From positions 1 to 16,606 of the forward strand of contig JBFFSH010000056.1 in NCBI GenBank assembly GCA_041572575.1: a stretch of DNA of 16,606 nucleotides. Reading direction: 5' to 3'. The position numbers were made by a program, and so were the translations under genes. The notes beneath the pieces are model-generated. The model did no database searches and was not told where the DNA came from. It saw only the letters and a list, made by a program, of their open reading frames with translations. Each line of letters starts with the position of its first letter. Within the stretch, counting starts at the first letter, position 1. This document shows, in pieces, positions 7,514-15,329 of this stretch. Source of the stretch: Thermodesulfobacteriota bacterium. GTDB taxonomy: Bacteria; Desulfobacterota_D; UBA1144; Nemesobacterales; N074bin48.

Positions 7514-8983
7514 TTAAGAATTTTTGATCTTCTCGACAAGTGAAGAGGTAGAAAAACTCTCCAGGATTGGAATTATTACCACCTCACCACCATGTTTTTC
7601 TACGTGTTCCCTGCCCACTACATCTTTTTTTGAGTAATCGCCACCTTTTACTATTACGTCGGGGTTTGTCTGCTCAATGATCCTAAGCGGTGTATCCTCA
7701 GTAAAGACCGTAACATAATCCACACAGTCAAAAGACGAAATGATGCTTGCCCTTTCGTTTTCTGATATAAGCGGTCTGGATTTACCCTTAAGTCTTCTTA
7801 CAGAGCTGTCACTGTTAAGAGCTACTACTAATATATCACCAAGAGCCTTTGACTCTTTAAGGATCATTAAATGCCCGGGGTGAAGCAGGTCAAAACACCC
7901 GTTAGTAAATATGATCTTCCTGCCTTTTTTCTTATGTTCAAACAGCTGGTTTTTAAGAGAGTCAATATCCTGTATCTTGTCTTCTTTATCTCCACCGCTT
8001 TCTATTAAACGTAGAAGCTCGTTCTGGCTTAAGCTTGATGTGCCGACTCTGCTTACTATAGCCCCTGCTGCGCTGTTTGCAGTTTGTGCGGCAAAATCCC
8101 AGTCATTTGAGATAAGATAAGATACGAGCAGAGAACTTATAACTGTATCTCCTGCTCCGGTAACATCAAATACCTCTTTAGCATTTGAAGATACAGTTTT
8201 AAGTGGCTTATTTTTTCCCCGGTAAGAAATTCCATCTTTTCCCCTGGTTATCACAACTCCATCAAGCCTGCACTTGTCGGTTAAATGTCTGGCTGCTTTA
8301 CTTAGCGATCTGTCATCAGTGATATTAAATCCACACAGATCAGAAGCTTCTTTTGTGTTTGGCGTGAGAGCATTTACGCCTGAATATTTTATTAAATCGT
8401 TACCCTTTGGATCGGCTATTGTAAAAATATTCTTAAGTCTCGTAAGTCTGGATATTTCTGAAACTAATTTTTTTGTAATAACACCCTTGTTATAATCCGA
8501 AAATACAACTGCATCAACTGGGCTCTTATTAATGGACGATTTAATTTTAGAGATCAGGGTGTCCTGCAAATCTGAATCAACTTTTTGAGAGTTTTCTTTA
8601 TCTATTCTAACAACCTGCTGGTTTTCTGCGATTATTCTGGATTTGGTGGTGGTGTTTCTTTGCTTGTCTACTATAATTCCTTTTGTCTGAATTTTTGATT
8701 CTTTAAGAAGTTGTTTTAACAAACTTCCGCTATCGTCATTTCCAATAAGTCCAAAAAGCTCAACCTTGGGGCCCAGATTTCGTATGTTTATTGCAACATT
8801 AGCGCCACCGCCTGGTTGTTCATATTCCTTTTTTACATTTACTACAGGCACAGGGGCCTCGGGTGATGTTCTGCTTACCGAGCCACAAATATATTTGTCG
8901 AGCATCAAATCGCCGACCACAATAATTTTCAATCTATCTAATATATTCTTATAATTTGTATTTGTCATGTTGGATGTTTGCAC
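7514..8983 (-). CDS. hldE: Bifunctional D-glycero-beta-D-manno-heptose-7-phosphate kinase / 1-phosphate adenylyltransferase
   Basis: GDLMLD, SPEAPVPV, DYNKG, TPN, DVTGAGD (kinase); FTNGCFDLLHPGH, ALNSD, KGGDY, STS (adenylyltransferase). Start may be ATG 8968 rather than GTG 8983. Confidence 0.95.
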   Translation of the reverse strand: MQTSNMTNTNYKNILDRLKIIVVGDLMLDKYICGSVSRTSPEAPVPVVNVKKEYEQPGGGANVAINIRNLGPKVELFGLIGNDDSGSLLKQLLKESKIQTKGIIVDKQRNTTTKSRIIAENQQVVRIDKENSQKVDSDLQDTLISKIKSSINKSPVDAVVFSDYNKGVITKKLVSEISRLTRLKNIFTIADPKGNDLIKYSGVNALTPNTKEASDLCGFNITDDRSLSKAARHLTDKCRLDGVVITRGKDGISYRGKNKPLKTVSSNAKEVFDVTGAGDTVISSLLVSYLISNDWDFAAQTANSAAGAIVSRVGTSSLSQNELLRLIESGGDKEDKIQDIDSLKNQLFEHKKKGRKIIFTNGCFDLLHPGHLMILKESKALGDILVVALNSDSSVRRLKGKSRPLISENERASIISSFDCVDYVTVFTEDTPLRIIEQTNPDVIVKGGDYSKKDVVGREHVEKHGGEVVIIPILESFSTSSLVEKIKNS

Positions 8984-9039
8984 GAATTAATAATATAATT
9001 AAGTTGTAATAAGTTCAAATTTAAGTAAAAATCAAGCCG

Positions 9040-9780
9040 ATGGGACAAACTGATTCAGGTTACAAAAACCTTGTCGATATTCACTGTCATGTACTACCCG
9101 GGATTGATGACGGCCCTTCTGACTGGCAGCAAAGTATAGAGATGGCAAAAGCCGCAGCAGGCAGTGGCATAAGCACTATAGTAACCACTCCTCACTGGAT
9201 ACAGGGTACTTCATGGCAGCCTTCTACAAGCACTGTGCTTGAAAAATTGGATCAATTAAACGAAATAATAAAAAAAGAAGGGATCGCTTTGCAAATTCTT
9301 TCGGGTATGGAAATCGGAATAAGTGAAAATCTGGTTGATTTACTAACAAGCGGAAGAGTTCTAACTCTTGCAAACAGTAAATACGTGCTTATCGAGATCC
9401 CTTATATTTCACTTCCCTTTGGTCTTGAAGAAATAGTATTTGAGATAATCTCTGCAGGATACATACCTATACTGGCCCACCCTGAAAGGAATAAGGAACT
9501 GCACTCAAATCCTAAGAGAATTTTAGACCTCCTTGAAAGGGGAGCCCTGACTCAGATTACTACAGGAAGTCTGTGTGGAGACTGGGGCGATGGTGCAAAA
9601 CGCTGCAGCACTGAGTTTGCAAGGATGGACGCAATTTTCAGTGTTGCTTCAGATGGGCATTCCGCTATATCCAGACCGCCGGATATGGTCTCGGGGTTAG
9701 AAGTTCTTGAGGACTTGGTTGGAAGGAAAAAAGTGCTGGAAATTTTATCAAACAGTGAAAAAATAATTATGAAGAATTAG
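9040..9780 (+). CDS. CpsB/CapC/YwqE-type PHP-family protein-tyrosine phosphatase
   Basis: DIHCHVLPGIDDG, TPH, GME, LIE, LAHPER, ASDGH...RPP metal-binding motifs. Confidence 0.92.
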   Translation: MGQTDSGYKNLVDIHCHVLPGIDDGPSDWQQSIEMAKAAAGSGISTIVTTPHWIQGTSWQPSTSTVLEKLDQLNEIIKKEGIALQILSGMEIGISENLVDLLTSGRVLTLANSKYVLIEIPYISLPFGLEEIVFEIISAGYIPILAHPERNKELHSNPKRILDLLERGALTQITTGSLCGDWGDGAKRCSTEFARMDAIFSVASDGHSAISRPPDMVSGLEVLEDLVGRKKVLEILSNSEKIIMKN

Positions 9781-9785
9781 CCCTC

Positions 9786-10061
9786 TTATTTATCAGTCTG
9801 ACTTATTTTTACATACTTCATTCTCAGATCATATATAACATCATCGAGCAGTTTAAATTCCTCAGTGTCCAGGTTTCCATCGGTCTTGGTCTTTAGCAGT
9901 TCGAGTATATCAATTGTTTGCTTCGCTGATTGTATATCATATATTCTCTCACGTGTTTGAGGGTCCGGTATATCACCAAGATGAATTAGCGCAGAAGTGT
10001 TGAGTGAAAGTACGAAATTAGAAAAATCTATTTTTGACTGGTTAATTGTTTGATCTGCCAT
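9786..10061 (-). CDS. DUF1844-family protein
   Basis: FSNFVLSL..ALIHLG.IPDP..AKQTIDIL..L..KT.GNL...E..LL....DLRMKYV pattern; SD GGAGGA. Confidence 0.85.
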   Translation of the reverse strand: MADQTINQSKIDFSNFVLSLNTSALIHLGDIPDPQTRERIYDIQSAKQTIDILELLKTKTDGNLDTEEFKLLDDVIYDLRMKYVKISQTDK

Positions 10062-10085
10062 TTATTCCTCCAAAATTTGTCTCTA

Positions 10086-11057
10086 TTAATCTGTGTATCT
10101 TTCGATGTTTATTCTTGGATTATATTTTATGGATTCTGAAAGTTCTTCAAATTTCTTTTTGTCGGTTTGAGTCATCATATCAGGCATGGACACTACTATA
10201 TTTATATACTGGTCCCCGCGCTCTCTTGTCTTGGGGTTAAGCACTCCTTTGCCTTTAAGCCTCATTTTTGTGCCATTTTGAACCCCTGCAGGTATTTTAA
10301 GAGTAGCTGTGGAATCTACCGTGGGAACACTAACCTCAGCGCCGAGAGCTGCTTCAAAAATAGTAACTGGTAAATCTAAAAATATATCGTTCTTATTTCT
10401 CTTAAATATTGGGTGTGGGGCTACTTTCACTCTTAAGTACAAGTCACCTCGACTACCGCTGTTTCTTCCAGGCTCCCCTTTTCCCGCTACACGAATCTTT
10501 GAACCATTATCAACGCCTGATGGAATCTTTACAGAGATAGTTTCGGTGGAATAGTCTTTGCCGTTTGATTCTCTAGCAATCTTTATGTCTCTTGTACCAC
10601 CTTTGATTGCTGTATTAAAATCAATCTCTATTTGATGTTCTACATCTCTTCCCTTTGTAGGTCTTCTGGTTTGGCTATGCTGTCTGCCGCCGCCTCTCGT
10701 ACCAAATATCTCGCCGAATATATCTTCAAAACTGGAAAATCCCGAGGCTCCGCCAAAGTTTATGTTTTCACCTAAATCTCCGAAATTGCCCGAGTAATGA
10801 GTCTGGTATCCGCCGGGACGCGCCCCCCCCTGAAAACCTGCTTCGCCAAACATATCATAAGACTTCTTTTTTTCAGGATTTGATAAAATCTCATAAGCCT
10901 GCTGAATGTCTTTAAATTTTTCTTCGGATTTTTTATCACCGGGGTTAATATCCGGATGATATCTTCTTGCAAGATTCCTAAATGCTTTCTTTATTTCATC
11001 TGCCGAAGCACTTTTGGACACTCCTAAAATATTGTAATAGTCCTTTCCGCCTTTCAT
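10086..11057 (-). CDS. Class II DnaJ-type co-chaperone (CbpA-like)
   Basis: J-domain KDYY...HPD, G/F-rich region with DIF, C-terminal DnaJ domains, no CxxCxGxG zinc finger. Confidence 0.92.
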   Translation of the reverse strand: MKGGKDYYNILGVSKSASADEIKKAFRNLARRYHPDINPGDKKSEEKFKDIQQAYEILSNPEKKKSYDMFGEAGFQGGARPGGYQTHYSGNFGDLGENINFGGASGFSSFEDIFGEIFGTRGGGRQHSQTRRPTKGRDVEHQIEIDFNTAIKGGTRDIKIARESNGKDYSTETISVKIPSGVDNGSKIRVAGKGEPGRNSGSRGDLYLRVKVAPHPIFKRNKNDIFLDLPVTIFEAALGAEVSVPTVDSTATLKIPAGVQNGTKMRLKGKGVLNPKTRERGDQYINIVVSMPDMMTQTDKKKFEELSESIKYNPRINIERYTD

Positions 11058-11135
11058 GTTTTAAACCTGTAAATTATATTAAATTACAATAATCATAAAA
11101 CTAAAATATTCAAGGACACAACATGCTGAAAAAAA

Positions 11136-12194
11136 TCAGTCCTTCTCTATTATTTTAAGGATTTGTTCTGCTATATTGGTAAATGATTTGGATACTTCAC
11201 TTTCAGGTTGTGACAGGACAATAGGATTTCCATAGTCTCCGCCTTTTCTAATCTCAGGATCGATGGGGATTTCTCCAAGAAAAGGTATATCAAACTTCTC
11301 TGCCATCTTGAACCCTCCGCCTCTGCTGAAAACATCAATTTCTCCAGAGCAGTGTGGGCAGTTTAAATGACTCATGTTTTCAACTATCCCAAGCACCGGA
11401 ACATTTAATTTCCTGAACATCTGAACTCCGCGTTTTACATCCAAAAGCGCTACGTCCTGTGGAGTTGTTATAATTACCCCTCCTGTAATAGGTGCGCTTT
11501 GTATAAGTGAGAGCTGTGAGTCCCCGGTTCCCGGCGGAAGGTCTATGAATAAATATTCAGTATCTTTCCAGTCCACATCCTCTAAAAACTGCTTTATGGC
11601 GCTATGAACCATAGGGCCTCGCCAGATTACGGTGTCGTCTTCGCTTATTAAAAACCCTATAGACATTAGGTTTATGCCGTATTTCTCTATCGGATTTAGT
11701 TTTTTCTTATCGGTAGTGGTGGGTTTATCTTTTGTGCCCATCATGATAGGCAAACTGGGTCCCCATATATCAGCGTCCATAAGACCCACGTTTTTTCTGA
11801 GTTTTGATGCTGCAAGAGCAAGGTTTACTGCAACTGTGGATTTGCCAACCCCGCCTTTTCCGCTTGCTACTGCAATAAAATACTTGATGTTTGATAGCTT
11901 GTTCTCTTTTGGTTCTTCAGCTGTAGGTTTTGCTGGTGCATCTTTGGGAGGTCTTGCCCCAGAGTTTATTTCCAGACCATTTACTCCTGGAAGTTCCAGC
12001 ACAGTCTTTTTTACAGCCTGTTTAATCTGCTCTTCAAGCTCAGGATCGGGTTTTGGCAGAACAAGAGAAATCTTTACATTAGAATCTACTACTTCTATGT
12101 TCTTTACGATTCCAAATGAGACAATATCGCGGGTATAGCCCGGATATTTTACGGTTTTTAATGCACTTTTTATACTATCGGAATTAAGGCTCAT
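11136..12194 (-). CDS. mrp: Mrp/NBP35 (ApbC) Fe-S cluster carrier ATPase with N-terminal DUF59-like domain
   Basis: SGKGGVGKST, DAD, WRGPM, DLPPGTGD, ENMS...CPHC. Confidence 0.94.
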   Translation of the reverse strand: MSLNSDSIKSALKTVKYPGYTRDIVSFGIVKNIEVVDSNVKISLVLPKPDPELEEQIKQAVKKTVLELPGVNGLEINSGARPPKDAPAKPTAEEPKENKLSNIKYFIAVASGKGGVGKSTVAVNLALAASKLRKNVGLMDADIWGPSLPIMMGTKDKPTTTDKKKLNPIEKYGINLMSIGFLISEDDTVIWRGPMVHSAIKQFLEDVDWKDTEYLFIDLPPGTGDSQLSLIQSAPITGGVIITTPQDVALLDVKRGVQMFRKLNVPVLGIVENMSHLNCPHCSGEIDVFSRGGGFKMAEKFDIPFLGEIPIDPEIRKGGDYGNPIVLSQPESEVSKSFTNIAEQILKIIEKD

Positions 12195-12199
12195 CTATA

Positions 12200-12607
12200 T
12201 TACGCAACACCAAGCCTTTGTTTAGCTTCGTCTGTCATCATATCCGGGTTCCATGGTGGATCCCAAACGATTTCAATCATAACGTTTCTTGCTCCGATAT
12301 TCTTAATTGCCATCTCTGCCTGATTGGCAATCATTGCTCCCATACCGCAACCCGGGGTGGTTAGAGTCATCTTAAGCTTCACGTCTCTGCCTGAGATTTG
12401 TGTATCATAAATAAGCCCCAGCTCTACAATATTTACAGGCAGCTCGGGATCGTTTACGCCTTTTAGTGATTCATAGACCATTTCTTCGGTGATTTCAATG
12501 TGTTCATCAACAGGTTCTTTCTTCTCAAACTTTTTAAACGACACTTCCTGCGGTCCGTCGCTTGCGGGTTTATCCTGCTGTATGGATATTATTTTTTTCA
12601 TTCCCAT
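12200..12607 (-). CDS. DUF59/SufT (PaaD-like) metal-sulfur cluster assembly factor
   Basis: DPE-LPVNIVELGLI, MTLTTPGC, WDPPWNP; SD GGAGG; polar N-terminal extension of about 40 aa. Confidence 0.9.
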   Translation of the reverse strand: MGMKKIISIQQDKPASDGPQEVSFKKFEKKEPVDEHIEITEEMVYESLKGVNDPELPVNIVELGLIYDTQISGRDVKLKMTLTTPGCGMGAMIANQAEMAIKNIGARNVMIEIVWDPPWNPDMMTDEAKQRLGVA

Positions 12608-12639
12608 AATACTGCCTCCGATTTTCTGATTGTATTTAT

Positions 12640-12648
12640 ATTATATCA
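12640..12648 (-). promoter_or_regulatory. Extended -10 promoter for the DUF59-mrp transcript
   Basis: Minus strand TGATATAAT (perfect TGn-TATAAT) 32 nt upstream of the ATG, upstream of the SD. Confidence 0.6.
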
Positions 12649-12789
12649 ACAAACTGTTAAGATATCTTTAATTTAGATGTGTTATAAAAAGAAAAGATTA
12701 GTTTTTCCGGATATAAGCTTTAAAAATTAAACCATTTTAATTGCATGTGTCAATCTTAATGCCTACAATATATAGTACTATTTGCCATC

Positions 12790-12818
12790 TTGACACTACA
12801 TGTTATTTAAACTAACCT
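12790..12818 (+). promoter_or_regulatory. sigma70-type promoter for ispG
   Basis: TTGACA (12790-12795), 17 nt, TAACCT (12813-12818); 11 nt before the ATG. Confidence 0.55.
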
Positions 12819-12829
12819 AGTAGCGAAAA

Positions 12830-13894
12830 ATGAGAAGAGTAACCAGGCAGTTCAGTTTAGGAAATGTAAAAATCGGTGGTGGAGCTCCGGTTTCGGTGCA
12901 GTCTATGACAAAGACCGATACTAGGGACATTGACGCCACTGTGGAGCAGATAAGCCGGCTGGAAAACGCCGGGTGTGATATTGTGAGGCTTGCTGTACCC
13001 GATATGGAAGCAGCAAGGGCCCTTGGCGAGATAAAGAATCAGACCAATATCCCGCTTGTATCAGACATTCATTTTGATTACAAGCTGGCACTTGAGGCAA
13101 TTGCTCAGGGTGTAGACGGAATGAGAATAAATCCAGGTAATATAGGATCAAAAAAGAGAATAAAAGCCGTAGTAGATGCTGTAAAAGAGAGAAAAATTCC
13201 AATTAGAATTGGCGTAAATTCCGGCTCGCTCGAAAAAGATATACTTAAAAAACACGGAAGTCCCACTCCCGAGGCTTTAGCAGAGAGTGCAATGAGGCAC
13301 ATCCGGATTTTAGAGGATATGGACTTTTATGATACCAAAATTTCTGTTAAATCAACCGATGTTATGAGGATGATAGAGGCTTATAAGTTGATTGCAGAAA
13401 AAACCGATTATCCGCTTCATCTTGGTGTTACTGAAGCGGGAACAATTAAAATGGGTACTATAAAATCTTCGGTCGGCATAGGCAGCCTGCTTGCTCAGGG
13501 TATTGGTGATACCATAAGAGTATCACTTACGGGTGATCCTGTGGATGAGATAGTTGTAGGTATAGATATCTTAAAATCTCTTGGTCATAGAAAGCATGGG
13601 ATTGAGCTTATTTCGTGCCCAGGGTGCGGAAGGCTGGAAATTGATCTCATGAAACTTGTCGCTGATATTGAGAAAAAGATCGAACATATCGAACTTCCAA
13701 GACCAATAAAAGTTGCGGTTCTAGGATGTGTAGTAAACGGCCCAGGCGAAGCCTCTGATGCCGATATAGGAATTGCAGGCGGAAGAGGGAAGGGCATGAT
13801 GTATAAAGACGGAAAACTCATCCGCTCTTTTAAAGAAGATCAGATTGTAGATGAACTGGCAAAAGAGTTAGAGACCTTTAGGGTTGTGCAGTGA
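12830..13894 (+). CDS. ispG: (E)-4-hydroxy-3-methylbut-2-enyl-diphosphate synthase
   Basis: VQSMT, DIHF, RINPGN, IRIGVNSGS, HLGVTEAG, GDTIRVSL, [4Fe-4S] ligands CPGCGR and GCVVNGPGE. Confidence 0.98.
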   Translation: MRRVTRQFSLGNVKIGGGAPVSVQSMTKTDTRDIDATVEQISRLENAGCDIVRLAVPDMEAARALGEIKNQTNIPLVSDIHFDYKLALEAIAQGVDGMRINPGNIGSKKRIKAVVDAVKERKIPIRIGVNSGSLEKDILKKHGSPTPEALAESAMRHIRILEDMDFYDTKISVKSTDVMRMIEAYKLIAEKTDYPLHLGVTEAGTIKMGTIKSSVGIGSLLAQGIGDTIRVSLTGDPVDEIVVGIDILKSLGHRKHGIELISCPGCGRLEIDLMKLVADIEKKIEHIELPRPIKVAVLGCVVNGPGEASDADIGIAGGRGKGMMYKDGKLIRSFKEDQIVDELAKELETFRVVQ

Positions 13895-13901
13895 TTTAGA
13901 T

Positions 13902-14066
13902 TTATTTCTCCGAACTTTTCTTCTTGTCTATTTCAAAAGCAAGATGACTTATAAGTAGTGCGAATATGAGTGATAACATTATTCTTCCTACTACTGACAA
14001 ATCAAAAATCCAGACTAAAATTATGAAAGGAATTAGAAACAACCAAAAAGAAAGAATGGTGCCCAA
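13902..14066 (-). CDS. Small two-TM membrane protein (54 aa; not in ORF track)
   Basis: Manual translation from TTG: MGTILSFWLFLIPFIILVWIFDLSVVGRIMLSLIFALLISHLAFEIDKKKSSEK; SD-like AGGGG (3-nt spacing); extended -10 upstream; stop 7 nt from the ispG stop. Confidence 0.65.
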   Translation of the reverse strand: MGTILSFWLFLIPFIILVWIFDLSVVGRIMLSLIFALLISHLAFEIDKKKSSEK

Positions 14067-14113
14067 AATCCCCTGCTTGTTTTAAAGAAAATATACTTTC
14101 TTTCCACATATAT

Positions 14114-14122
14114 ATTATAACA
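14114..14122 (-). promoter_or_regulatory. Extended -10 promoter for the small membrane ORF
   Basis: Minus strand TGTTATAAT, 47 nt upstream of the TTG. Confidence 0.5.
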
Positions 14123-14264
14123 AAATGTCAATTAAGATTAAACTTTTTTAATTCTTGGATCGCAGGGGCATCTGACTCCTTGCCGATATAGATCAAAAAT
14201 CCCTCTTTATTATTTTGATATTGACATTCAGCTAACTGGGCTGAAGAATTTAGTGCATATATTT

Positions 14265-15320
14265 ATGAGTTCATATAAACAAAAAATAAAGGGTCGGGGA
14301 ACATCTGATAATCCTGTTAACAGATTTGATAAAATTGATTTTGTTCCGGATGAAGAGTTTTATAAAGATGAGCAGAAACCAAAGACTGAATTCTTTAGGG
14401 ATACATCAAAGTCCATAATTACTTATAATTCCAGCCCAGATATCAATTTTGATGCGAGCATCAATCCATACAGGGGCTGCGAGCACGGGTGTGCGTATTG
14501 CTATGCAAGGCCAAACCATGAGCATCTGGGACTATCTGCAGGGCTTGATTTTGAAACCAAAATATTTGTAAAAGAAAATGCACCTGAGCTTCTTAAAAAA
14601 GAGCTGTCATCAAAAATGTGGAAGCCTCAAACTATAGCAATAAGCGGGGTAACCGATTGTTATCAGCCATGCGAGAAGCACTTCGAACTTACTCGTTCAT
14701 GTTTAGAGGTCCTCAACGAATTTAAGAATCCTGTTGGGATTGTTACCAAGAATAAAATGGTTACAAGAGATAAGGACATTCTTAAAGAAATGGCAAAAAT
14801 TAATGCTGCTGCTGTGACTATTTAAATAACGACCCTTGAGCCTGAGCTTGCAAGGTTAATGGAGCCACGAACCTCCCAGCCTAAACTGAGATTAGAAGCA
14901 ATCAGCGAGCTTGCAGATAGCGGAATTCCTGTAGGGGTTTTGATCGCACCGGTTATTCCGGGACTAACAGATCATGAGATGCCAAAGATTATAGAGAAAT
15001 CTGTAGATGCAGGTGCATCCTATGCAGCCTATGTAATGCTCAGGCTTCCGTTTGGAGTCAAAGACATTTTTTCTACCTGGCTTGAGCAGTACTATCCAGA
15101 CAGAAAGAACAAAGTACTCAACAAGGTTAATTCAGTTAGAGATGGTAAACTATATTCTTCGGAGTTTTTCAAAAGGCAGAGAGGAGAGGGAGTTTTTGCA
15201 GATCAAGCGGCTAAAATATTTGAGATAGCTTGTAGGAAAAACGGAATAGATAATAACTCTATAAACTTATCTACTGATCATTTTATTAATACAGGAAACA
15301 AACAAATGGAATTGTTTTGA
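14265..15320 (+). pseudogene. PA0069-family (SplB-like) radical SAM gene with one in-frame TAA at 14823-14825 (nonsense mutation or sequence error)
   Basis: Track ORFs 14253-14825 and 14859-15320 share a frame (offset 606 nt). SINPYRGCEHGCAYCYARP, GLDFET, TDCYQP, VTK in the first half; reading through gives AVTI*ITTLEPELARLMEPR, then APVIPGLTDHE and LRLP. Likely start is ATG 14265. Confidence 0.88.
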
Positions 15321-15329
15321 TAATTTTTA

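Noticed and set aside
11058..11135. CIRCE (HrcA) heat-shock element before the DnaJ-type gene
   Set aside because: No TTAGCACTC-N9-GAGTGCTAA match.
234..13821. Short track ORFs overlapping real genes (234-428, 456-692, 3445-3666, 4779-5057, 5842-6063, 7911-8120, 8274-8495, 8766-8954, 10046-10240, 10167-10373, 10309-10554, 10772-10972, 11632-12138, 12921-13202, 13105-13302, 13585-13821)
   Set aside because: Antisense or alternate-frame shadows of well-supported genes, with no recognisable motifs.
14823..14825. Selenocysteine/pyrrolysine or genetic-code reassignment at the internal stop
   Set aside because: The codon is TAA, not TGA or TAG; TAA, TAG and TGA all end normal genes in this window; no other gene has an internal stop.
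14859..15320. Independent 153-aa gene
   Set aside because: It is the in-frame C-terminal half of the radical SAM protein.
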